NCBI GenBank assembly: GCA_963718915.1
Contig: CAVRAI010000006.1
Coordinates: 154,827 to 186,826 of the forward strand
DNA length: 32,000 nt
DNA from: an uncultured Chloroflexia bacterium
GTDB taxonomy: Bacteria > Chloroflexota > Ktedonobacteria > Ktedonobacterales > JADMIN01
Reading direction: 5' to 3'
Made by a program: the position numbers and the translations under genes. The notes beneath the pieces are model-generated. The model saw nothing but the letters and a program-made list of their open reading frames with translations. It was not told the DNA's origin and did no database searches. Of the stretch, positions 24,500 to 32,000 are shown piece after piece. Positions within the stretch are counted from its first letter, which is position 1; each line of letters opens with the position of its first letter.

Positions 24500-24918
24500 C
24501 GAAGGAAGAACCGAAGGGTAAACCGATGGATGAACAGGAGCGCTACGAGTCCGGCCTGACCGTTCGCCGCGCGGTGCTGGGCGACGCCTATGTGGAGCAG
24601 TCGTTGGCCAGTCTAACGCCATTCAACGCGCCCTTCCAGAACCTCATCACCCGCTACGCCTGGGGCGAGATTTGGGAGCGCCCGGGCCTGCCCCGCCAGA
24701 CACGCAGCTTGATTACGCTGGCGATGCTAGTCGCGCTCAATCGTGGCGACGAACTGCGCATGCACATCCGCGCCGCATTGCGTAACGGCGTCACCATCGA
24801 GGAAATCCAGGAAGTATTTCTGCAATGCGCAATCTACTGTGGCGTGCCAGCGGCAAACGCGGCGTTCCATCTGGCAGAGGACGTGCTGGCGACTGATACC
24901 CCCGACCAACCGGAATAA
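24496..24918 (+). CDS. pcaC: 4-carboxymuconolactone decarboxylase
   Basis: 140 aa of the CMD family (ITRYAWGEIWERPGL..RSLITLAMLVALNR..EL..HI). It has an ATGA overlap with pcaD. An alternative start is ATG 24526. Confidence 0.88.
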   Translation: MTKEEPKGKPMDEQERYESGLTVRRAVLGDAYVEQSLASLTPFNAPFQNLITRYAWGEIWERPGLPRQTRSLITLAMLVALNRGDELRMHIRAALRNGVTIEEIQEVFLQCAIYCGVPAANAAFHLAEDVLATDTPDQPE

Positions 24919-24981
24919 CGCGCTTCATTACCCCACATCTCCCCACGACAAGAGCCTGCTACGACTTCCTAAAATTGCCGC

Positions 24982-25010
24982 TTGACAACGAGAAGCGTTC
25001 AGTGCATACT
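24982..25010 (+). promoter_or_regulatory. Candidate sigma70-type promoter: TTGACA - 17 nt - CATACT (TG immediately upstream of the -10)
   Basis: TTGACA at 24982-24987 (consensus -35), an exact 17-nt spacer, and CATACT at 25005-25010 (4/6 to TATAAT). It lies about 100 nt upstream of the LacI-family start codon. No experimental support. Confidence 0.4.
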
Positions 25011-25019
25011 CCTTGTGAT

Positions 25020-25070
25020 CGATTCCGGACATCGATTCCGGACACGATTCCGGACACGATTCCGGACACG
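25020..25070 (+). repeat. 12-bp tandem repeat CGATTCCGGACA x4.2 (first unit 13 bp)
   Basis: Read directly: CGATTCC at 25020, 25033, 25045 and 25057. Each unit contains the palindrome TCCGGA. Confidence 0.95.
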
Positions 25071-25111
25071 CTCACAGTGCTGTTGTACTCGGCGAGGCTG
25101 AGAGGGTCGGC

Positions 25112-26212
25112 ATGCCAAAGAAACCAACGATCGAAGACATCGCACGAATGGCAGGCGTCTCGCGCACCACGATCTCGCGCGTCTTGAACCATCGCCCCGA
25201 TGTGGATCGCGTGACACGTGAGCGCGTCCTCCGCATCATTGACGAGCAGGGCTACGTGCCCAGCCTTACCGCTGCCGGGCTGGCGGGAGGGCGCAACCGC
25301 CTGTTGGGCATGCTGCTCCCTGTCTTCACCTGGCCCATCATCCCTGACCTCATTCGTGGCATCAGCGAAATCCTGAATCAGACGCCCTACGAGCTGGTGT
25401 TGTACACGTTCAACGACGAAGACCTGAATCGCGACCGCCGTGATGTCGTCAATCGGTTGGCGGCCAATCTGACCGCTGGACTTCTGGGGGTGTTTCCCGG
25501 CGCACTCTCCAGCCAGTTAACCGAACTACATCAACAGGGCGTTCCCGTGGTCATCATTGATGACCAGCAAGCGCAGGTGACTCCCTGGGTGCGTGCGGAC
25601 AACATCACTGGCGCCTATGATGTGGTGCGCCATCTGACCCAACTTGGTCATCGCCGCATTGCTCATATCCAGGGGCCAGCGGAGTATCTCGCCTCACACG
25701 ACCGCCAGCAGGGCTATCTCCGCGCGCTGGCAGAGGCAGGCATTTCGCCCGACCCCGCGCTCATCCTCGACGGCGACTTTCTGCCGCAATCCGGGTATGG
25801 TGGCGCCATCCGGATCTTCGATATGCCGCCTGAGACGCGGCCCACAGCGATCTTTGCCGCCGCTGACCAGACGGCCTATGGTGTGCTTCGAGCCGCCGAG
25901 GAACGCAGTATCGCCATCCCCAAAGATATCGCCCTGGTCGGCTTCGACGACGACGCGCCATCTGCCCACGTGTTACCTCCGCTGACCACCGTGCGCCAGC
26001 CGTCTTTTGAGATGGGTCAGGAAGCGATCAAGCTGCTCCTCAATCTGGTCGCACAGACAGAAGAACAGGAGTCGGGGCTGGGAGGCTCGCCAATTGGGAG
26101 CGGCGATACCCTGGCCAACCCACTGCGGATCGTTCTGCCAACATCGCTGATTGTGCGCGCTTCGTCGGGTGCGGCCAATCCCATCTCGCTGCCACTTTCT
26201 TCGACGATGTGA
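25112..26212 (+). CDS. LacI-family transcriptional regulator
   Basis: The N-terminal HTH is [51 protein letters not shown], followed by a periplasmic-binding-protein-like effector domain. Confidence 0.92.
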   Translation: MPKKPTIEDIARMAGVSRTTISRVLNHRPDVDRVTRERVLRIIDEQGYVPSLTAAGLAGGRNRLLGMLLPVFTWPIIPDLIRGISEILNQTPYELVLYTFNDEDLNRDRRDVVNRLAANLTAGLLGVFPGALSSQLTELHQQGVPVVIIDDQQAQVTPWVRADNITGAYDVVRHLTQLGHRRIAHIQGPAEYLASHDRQQGYLRALAEAGISPDPALILDGDFLPQSGYGGAIRIFDMPPETRPTAIFAAADQTAYGVLRAAEERSIAIPKDIALVGFDDDAPSAHVLPPLTTVRQPSFEMGQEAIKLLLNLVAQTEEQESGLGGSPIGSGDTLANPLRIVLPTSLIVRASSGAANPISLPLSSTM

Positions 26213-26320
26213 TGTAAAGCCCTGTAAGACCAGGCCTGCGGGACAGGCAATTTCGCGCAACCTCGTCTGTCCGTCTCATGGGAACAATGACCGTTCCCTA
26301 CTCGACACTGGAGGTGTGTT

Positions 26321-28000
26321 GTGACAGGTCGCCTTTTTGGCCAGCGCGGTCCTCGAATTGGAACGTTCCTGCTTGCGTTCCTGGTGGCATCTTCATTGCT
26401 CCTCTCCGCCTGTAACAGCGGCGCGAAGAACGTGGCGCATCGCAACTACATCACCGTGGTCGCGAATGCATCCGGCGATTATACCCAGAACTTCAACCCG
26501 TATAACACGTCGAATCTGACGACATCGCAGGGCGTCATCTATGAAACGCTACTCTTCTTCAATCGTGGTGACGAGAGCATTACGCCGTGGCTCGCTTCGA
26601 GCTATCAGTATTCGAGCGATCTGAGCCAGATCACGTTTACGATCCGCCCCAATGTGAAGTGGTCAGATGGCCAGCCGTTCTCCAGCGAGGATGTGGCGTT
26701 CACGCTCAATGAGCTGAAGCAGTATCCGGCGATGGATATCAATGGCCTCTGGAATGAGATCACCAGCGTCACCGCCCCCGATCCCTCAACTGTTATCGTG
26801 AAGCTGAATGCGCCCTTCACGCCGCTGTTGTGGTACCTGGGTGGTCAGACATACATCCTGCCCAAGCATATCTGGGCGAGCGTCGGTGATGGCAGCAAGT
26901 ATGCGGACCCGAACCCTGTCGGCACAGGACCATACGTGGTGAAGTCATTCACGCCACAACTCGTCACGCTGGCGAAGAATCCGAGCTTCTGGCAGGCCGA
27001 TAAGGTGCAGGTGCAGGAGGTACGCTATCCCGCCTTCGACTCGAATACCAGCGCGGAGCTGGCGATGGATCAGGGTACGGTGGACTGGGCGGGCATCTAC
27101 ACCGCCGACATCCAGAAGACGTACGTTAATCGCGATCCAGCGCACAACCACTACTGGTTCCCTCCGAGCGACATCTTGATGCTCTTCGTCAACACCGCCA
27201 AGTATCCATTCAACCAGCTTGCCGTGCGCAAGGCGCTGAGTCTCGCCATTGACCGCGCCAAACTCTCAAAGATCGCCGAGAGTGGGTATGAGCCGCTTGC
27301 CAGCCCGACGGGCCTGGTATTGCCATACGACCAGAAGTTCCTTGCGCCACAGTATGCAAACGCGCAATTCACCTTAGACGTGAACGGAGCGCAGCAACAG
27401 CTCGAAAGCGCCGGATTCACGAAGGGTTCTGACGGCATCTATGCCGACAAGAATGGCAAGAAGCTTTCGATGACGCTGGATGTGGTGACTGGCTTCACCG
27501 ACTGGATTACGGGCGCGCAGATTATCGCCAGCAACTTGAAGACGCTGGGCATCGACGTCAACGTCAACACGATCTCACAGGATGCCTGGGCAAACGATCT
27601 CGCCGTCGGCAGCTTCGACATCTCGCTCTGCTGGACCAATCCGGGGCCGTCGCCGTATTTCATCTTCGATGCGCTGCTGCGCACAACCAATTCGGCGCCG
27701 GTGGGACAATCAGCCAACTCGAATTACGAGCGCTGGAACGATCCGGCGATTGATAAGCTACTCGATCAGTTCGCGCAGTCGAACGACCTGCCGACGCAAC
27801 AGCAGGCGATGGCGAGCATCGAGCAGGTCATGGTCGAGCAGTTGCCAAGCATCCCCTTGCTCAATGAGCCATACTGGTACGAATACAACACCAGCAGCTA
27901 CGTTGGCTGGCCGGACGCGCAACATCTCTACGCTGAGCCTTCGCCCTATACCTATCCCGACAACGAGATGGTGCTGCTCCACCTCCAGCCCGCCAGTTAG
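26321..28000 (+). CDS. ABC transporter substrate-binding lipoprotein, family 5 (peptide/nickel/oligosaccharide, Opp/Dpp-type)
   Basis: 559 aa with a GTG start after GGAGGTG. Signal peptide with lipobox (LLSAC) and SBP_bac_5-like sequence (VKWSDGQPFSSEDVAFTLN). Confidence 0.88.
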   Translation: MTGRLFGQRGPRIGTFLLAFLVASSLLLSACNSGAKNVAHRNYITVVANASGDYTQNFNPYNTSNLTTSQGVIYETLLFFNRGDESITPWLASSYQYSSDLSQITFTIRPNVKWSDGQPFSSEDVAFTLNELKQYPAMDINGLWNEITSVTAPDPSTVIVKLNAPFTPLLWYLGGQTYILPKHIWASVGDGSKYADPNPVGTGPYVVKSFTPQLVTLAKNPSFWQADKVQVQEVRYPAFDSNTSAELAMDQGTVDWAGIYTADIQKTYVNRDPAHNHYWFPPSDILMLFVNTAKYPFNQLAVRKALSLAIDRAKLSKIAESGYEPLASPTGLVLPYDQKFLAPQYANAQFTLDVNGAQQQLESAGFTKGSDGIYADKNGKKLSMTLDVVTGFTDWITGAQIIASNLKTLGIDVNVNTISQDAWANDLAVGSFDISLCWTNPGPSPYFIFDALLRTTNSAPVGQSANSNYERWNDPAIDKLLDQFAQSNDLPTQQQAMASIEQVMVEQLPSIPLLNEPYWYEYNTSSYVGWPDAQHLYAEPSPYTYPDNEMVLLHLQPAS

Positions 28001-28034
28001 CTGGGCCACGGTTTACAGGCTCATCGGGACATCT

Positions 28035-28090
28035 AAGCAACTGAGCAACTAAGCAACTAAGCAACTGAGCAACTGAGCAACTGAGCATTC
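28035..28090 (+). repeat. 8-bp microsatellite RAGCAACT x7 (AAGCAACT/GAGCAACT; last unit degenerate)
   Basis: Read directly: aagcaact gagcaact aagcaact aagcaact gagcaact gagcaact gagcattc. It lies in the SBP-permease spacer. Confidence 0.95.
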
Positions 28091-28147
28091 GCCTGGATAC
28101 TCCGATGGGCGCCCTTGACGGGCTTCGCCACGACGAGGAGAAGCATC

Positions 28148-29143
28148 ATGCGTCACCTGTTGCGACGCGCGGTTTTTTATGCAATCGCGCTCTGGGTCGC
28201 CGTTACGCTCAATTTTCTGATTCCACGGCTCTCGCCAGGCAATCCCGCGGAGGCGATGCTGAGCCGCCTGCGTGGCAAGGCGTCCCCGCAGGCGATTCAT
28301 GCCCTCGATATTCTCTTCGGCGTCAATACGCACGAGTCGCTCTGGTCGCAATATGTCCAGTACATCGGCAACCTGCTACATGGTAACCTGGGCATCTCGA
28401 TCACCTATCTGCCCGAGCCGGTCTCCAGTGTGATTGCGCGTGACCTGCTCTGGACGCTGATCCTCGTCGGCGTCACGCTGATCATCAGTTTCGTCGTCGG
28501 TACGCTGCTCGGCGCGCTGGTCGCCTGGCGCCACGGCTCAGCGCTGGACTCGATTCTGCCGCCGATGTTCACCTTTCTTTCGGCGATTCCCTACTTCTGG
28601 CTGGCGCTGATCTTTCTCTACGTCTTCGGATTCACGCTCGGCTGGTTTCCGATCTATGGTGGCTATGACGCGACCACCACTACACCGGGCTTCAACCTGG
28701 ACTTTCTCGTCAGCGCCTTCGAACACGCCTTCCTGCCAGCGATTACCATCATCATTGGCTCGATTGCTGGCTGGATTCTTGGTATGCGCAATACCATGAT
28801 TACGACACTCTCGGAGGACTACGTCCTGATGGCAGAGGCGAAGGGGCTTTCGGATCGGCGCATCATGCTGACCTATGCGGCGCGCAATGCTATCCTGCCC
28901 AATATCACCAGTTTCGCCCTCTCGCTTGGCTTCGTCGTCAGCGGCGCACTGCTCACCGAGATTGTCTTCTCCTATCCTGGCATCGGCTACGCGCTCTTGC
29001 AGGCGGTCGAGAACCACGATTACTCGCTGATCGAGGGGATATTCCTGTTGGTCGTCATTGCGGTGCTGGTTGCGAACTTCCTCGCCGACCTGGCGTACGT
29101 CGCGCTCGATCCGCGCGTGCGCCACGAGAGGGGGCGATCATGA
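28148..29143 (+). CDS. Opp/Dpp-type ABC transporter permease (DppB/OppB-like)
   Basis: The ORF track gives 28115-29143. I prefer ATG 28148 (MRHLLRRAVFYAIALWVAVTLNFLIPRLSPGNP...), preceded by GAGGAG. Confidence 0.88.
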   Translation: MRHLLRRAVFYAIALWVAVTLNFLIPRLSPGNPAEAMLSRLRGKASPQAIHALDILFGVNTHESLWSQYVQYIGNLLHGNLGISITYLPEPVSSVIARDLLWTLILVGVTLIISFVVGTLLGALVAWRHGSALDSILPPMFTFLSAIPYFWLALIFLYVFGFTLGWFPIYGGYDATTTTPGFNLDFLVSAFEHAFLPAITIIIGSIAGWILGMRNTMITTLSEDYVLMAEAKGLSDRRIMLTYAARNAILPNITSFALSLGFVVSGALLTEIVFSYPGIGYALLQAVENHDYSLIEGIFLLVVIAVLVANFLADLAYVALDPRVRHERGRS

Positions 29144-30090
29144 ACACATCCGTGACAGCCTCTCCTGGCCGATTGTCCGCCCTCTGGCGCTTTGTCACCC
29201 TCAATCGCAAAGTAACCGTCGGTATCGTGATCGTCGCGTTCTTTGTGCTGGTGGCGCTCTTTGGGCCAGTGCTGATGCGTCAGGATCCGACCGCGTTTAC
29301 CGAAGACCTGCTCCAGCCGCCCTCATCGGCGCACTGGCTCGGCACGACCCAGAACGGGCAGGATGTCTTTGCGCAACTGATCGTTGGCACACGAGTGTCG
29401 GTCGCGCTCGGTTTCATCGTCGGCATCCTGACCACGGTGGTCTCGGTCGTCGTCGGTGTGGTATCGGGCTACTTCGGTGGCGTCATCGACGAGGCGTTTT
29501 CGCTCGTGACCAACGTCTTTCTCGTGCTACCAACGCTTCCGCTGGCCATCCTGCTGGCGGCGTTCCTTCCCTACAAAGGCCCGCTGACCCTTGGCATCGT
29601 TATCGGCGTCACTGGCTGGTCGTGGGGCGCGCGGGTACTGCGCGCGCAGACGCTCTCGATGCGCGGGCGTGATTTCGTTGAGGCGGCGCAGGCGAGGGGT
29701 GAGACCTCATCTCGCATCGTCTTCTTCGAGATATTGCCCAACGAGACAGCGCTGGTGGCGGCGGAACTGCTGGGCACAATTATCTACTGCATCCTCGCTG
29801 AGGCGGGGTTGGAGTTCCTGGGTCTTGGCAACTTCAGTAGCGTCAGTTGGGGAACGATGTTCTTCTTCGCGCAGAATAATGATGCGCTGCTGCTGGGCGC
29901 GTGGTGGTGGTTTCTGCCGCCAGGCCTCTGTATCGCCATGCTGGGCGCGGCGCTGGCGCTCGTCAACTTCGGCATCGATGAGATTGCCAATCCCCGCCTG
30001 CGTACCGAACGCGGGCGCAAGCCGTCGTTGCTCAAACGCGCGCTTGGTGTTCCGGTGTCCACACCGCAGCTACAGGAGGAGACGGTATGA
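29140..30090 (+). CDS. Opp/Dpp-type ABC transporter permease (DppC/OppC-like)
   Basis: 316 aa, with ATGA overlap to the previous gene. DppC-like N-terminus and EAA-loop region (FVEAAQARGETSSRIVFFEILPN). Confidence 0.88.
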   Translation: MNTSVTASPGRLSALWRFVTLNRKVTVGIVIVAFFVLVALFGPVLMRQDPTAFTEDLLQPPSSAHWLGTTQNGQDVFAQLIVGTRVSVALGFIVGILTTVVSVVVGVVSGYFGGVIDEAFSLVTNVFLVLPTLPLAILLAAFLPYKGPLTLGIVIGVTGWSWGARVLRAQTLSMRGRDFVEAAQARGETSSRIVFFEILPNETALVAAELLGTIIYCILAEAGLEFLGLGNFSSVSWGTMFFFAQNNDALLLGAWWWFLPPGLCIAMLGAALALVNFGIDEIANPRLRTERGRKPSLLKRALGVPVSTPQLQEETV

Positions 30091-31256
30091 CCGTGCCACA
30101 GACGACTCCCTTCTCCTCAGCGACTAATATCCTGGAGATCAAGAACCTGAGCGTCGAATATGCGTCGGCCAGCGGGACCGTACGCGCGCTCAATAACGTC
30201 AGCATTGCCCTCGGACGCGGCCAGATTCTGGGACTCGCGGGCGAGAGCGGCAGCGGCAAGACAACCCTCGGGCATGCGATTGCGCGGCTGCTCCGCCCAC
30301 CCGCCGCCATCACAGGGGGGCAGGTGCTCTACTACCCAACGGAGGATTCGCCGCGCGCCCGGTCGCTCAACACGCCTGGCGATGGTCAGGCAGTCGATAT
30401 CCTTCAGCTTACCAGTAAGCAGCTACGCGCCGTACGCTGGAGCACGCTCGCCATTGTCTTTCAAAGCGCCATGAATGCGCTCAATCCAGTCTTGCGGCTC
30501 AGCAGCCAGATTGACGATGTCCTGAAGGCGCACCGACCAGAGATGACGGCGCGGGAGCGGCGCGAGCGTGCGAATGAACTGCTACGGCTCGTTGGCATCT
30601 CGCCCGACCGCATCAAGAGCTATCCGCACGAGTTGAGCGGTGGCATGCGCCAGCGCGCCATCATCGCTATCGCCCTGGCGCTCTCGCCGGAAATCATCAT
30701 CATGGATGAGCCAACCACCGCGCTCGACGTGGTCGTGCAGCGCGAGATTCTGATGGAAATCGCCCGGTTACGGGAACGCTTCAACTTCTCGGTGATATTC
30801 ATCACTCATGATCTCTCGCTGCTGCTGGAGCTTGCCGACAAAATCGCGATCATGTACGCGGGGCGTCTCGTCGAGACGGCTACCTGTCTCGAACTGAAAC
30901 GTCAGCCGCGCCATCCCTACAGCTATGGCATGCTGCACTCATTCCCGACGCTGCATGGCCCGCGCCGCCGGATGACCGGGATTCCTGGCTCGCCGCCCGA
31001 TCTGCGTGAGTCGCCCGCGGGCTGTGCGTTTCATCCGCGCTGTCCCATGGCGTTCGCTCCCTGCGCAACAGTGCTGCCGAAGCTGCGCGGTTCCAGCGCT
31101 GAGACGCCCCAGCAACTGGTCGCCTGCCACCTCTATGATTCCACGTATGCGAGCGGGCCGTTGCCAACAAACGCCGACCTTGGCGCGCGCTATGAGGAGG
31201 TGTACGCACGGTCCAGCCTGGGAACAAGGCGTGCCGTGGTGGAGGAACCTCGATGA
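30087..31256 (+). CDS. Opp/Dpp-type ABC transporter ATP-binding protein (OppD/DppD-like) with C-terminal oligopeptide-transporter domain
   Basis: Motifs: GESGSGKTT, LSGGMRQRAIIAIAL, IIIMDEPTTALD. C-terminal HPYSYGML...GCAFHPRCP motif. Confidence 0.9.
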   Translation: MTVPQTTPFSSATNILEIKNLSVEYASASGTVRALNNVSIALGRGQILGLAGESGSGKTTLGHAIARLLRPPAAITGGQVLYYPTEDSPRARSLNTPGDGQAVDILQLTSKQLRAVRWSTLAIVFQSAMNALNPVLRLSSQIDDVLKAHRPEMTARERRERANELLRLVGISPDRIKSYPHELSGGMRQRAIIAIALALSPEIIIMDEPTTALDVVVQREILMEIARLRERFNFSVIFITHDLSLLLELADKIAIMYAGRLVETATCLELKRQPRHPYSYGMLHSFPTLHGPRRRMTGIPGSPPDLRESPAGCAFHPRCPMAFAPCATVLPKLRGSSAETPQQLVACHLYDSTYASGPLPTNADLGARYEEVYARSSLGTRRAVVEEPR

Positions 31257-32000
31257 GTGCGGAGGATACCGGTGTGAACAATACGACCGACACCACCAGC
31301 GCTAACCCACCTCTCACCGCGCTCTCGCTGGCAGCGGAGTTCGCCAGCGGTCCGCCGAAGACGCCGCCCGTGCTGGAGGGCATTCATCTGCGCAAGCATT
31401 TCCCGGTGCGACAGTTCAAGGTTGGCGGCGCTAGCAGCGTCGTTCACGCGGTCGAAGATGCCACACTCGCGCTCTATCCTGGGCGGGCGCTGGCGCTGGT
31501 TGGCGAGAGTGGCAGCGGCAAGAGCACCATCGCGCGCATGCTGGCACGGCTCTATACACTGACCTCAGGCGTCATGCGCTTCGAGGGAAAGCCCGTCACT
31601 GGCAACGGGCGCGCCGCCCTGCGCGAGTATCGCCGCCACGTCCAGATGATCTTTCAGGATCCATTCTCATCGCTTAATCCCATCCATAGTGTCCGCTACC
31701 ACCTGAGCCGCCCGCTGCGCCTCTACGGCCACGCGGAATCTCAGCGGCAGGAGACCGACAAGATACTTACCCTGCTTGATCGCGTCAGCCTGAGTCCGGC
31801 GGAACAGTTCATCCAGAAATATCCGCACCAGTTGAGCGGCGGTCAGCGGCAGCGCGTCGCGATTGCCCAGGCGCTGGCCGTCCGGCCCAAGGTCATTTTG
31901 GCCGATGAGCCAGTCTCGATGCTGGATGTTTCGATCCGGCTCGATATTCTCAATCTGATGTTGGCCCTCAAAGATGAGGAGCGGCTTGCATTCCTCTTCA
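31252..32000 (+). CDS. Opp/Dpp-type ABC transporter ATP-binding protein (OppF/DppF-like); 3' end beyond window
   Basis: Absent from the ORF track because it runs off the edge. ATG 31252 overlaps the previous gene's stop codon (31254-31256) by 5 nt (31252-31256). My translation: MSAEDTGVNNTTD...LALVGESGSGKSTIARMLARLY...LSGGQRQRVAIAQALAVRPKVILADEPVSMLD... Confidence 0.85.

Noticed and set aside
25020-25070. Tandem repeats at 25020-25070 and 28035-28090 considered as CRISPR arrays
   Set aside because: The units are only 12 and 8 bp, are directly abutting with no spacers, and no cas genes are present.
24959-25217. Short ORFs encoding IPDTIPDTIPDT, VSGIVSGIVSGI and RNRVRNRVRNR
   Set aside because: They are translation artefacts of the 12-bp tandem repeat read in different frames and strands. 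They have no SD and overlap the probable promoter/leader of the LacI-family gene.
27861-28351. Minus-strand ORFs crossing the 8-bp microsatellite (27861-28088 and 28049-28351)
   Set aside because: They are repeat-derived peptides (VAQLLSCLVAQLL) that overlap the ends of real plus-strand genes.

Overview
High-GC bacterial chromosomal window. The taxon cannot be fixed from sequence alone, though protein styles suggest Chloroflexota or Actinomycetota. I see no tRNA, rRNA or CRISPR array.

Gene content, left to right:
- 1-4650 (minus strand): a liv-type ABC uptake operon transcribed livF>livG>livH>livM>substrate-binding protein (SBP).
- 4862-6965 (minus strand): an acyl-CoA dehydrogenase and an IclR-family regulator. 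A perfect 22-bp palindrome sits in the regulator's promoter region.
- About 6985-8060: a low-GC patch carrying a HAD hydrolase, followed at 8159-8545 by a small membrane protein in high-GC sequence. The patch has a terminal fragment of an IS5-family element at its left side. A complete 820-bp IS5-family copy lies at 8660-9479, with CTAG target duplication and a transposase broken into three frames.
- 9846-13259: a 1137-aa regulator combining a SARP/BTAD domain, a P-loop and TPR repeats.
- 13541-24918: an aromatic catabolic block. It holds an aldehyde dehydrogenase, a CUT2 sugar-type ABC transporter, a CoA-transferase pair, pcaHG, pcaB, pcaD and pcaC.
- 25112 to the window end: a LacI-family regulator and an Opp/Dpp-type ABC transporter.

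I did not find a convincing novel multi-gene system such as a defence island. The signals that the gene list does not explain are non-coding:
1. A 100-130 nt intergenic repeat family, with copies at 4728-4830 (reversed), 9509-9632 and 17533-17660, and a possible stub at 7128-7160. Its central hairpin keeps pairing through compensatory substitutions. Every copy points the same way as the next gene, and IS ends lie beside it twice.
2. Two 12-bp-phased arrays of the heptamer GGAATCG/CGATTCC, in inverted orientation, bracketing pcaJ through pcaC.
3. An 8-bp microsatellite inside the opp-like operon.
4. A livG whose conserved N-terminus has no in-frame start codon.
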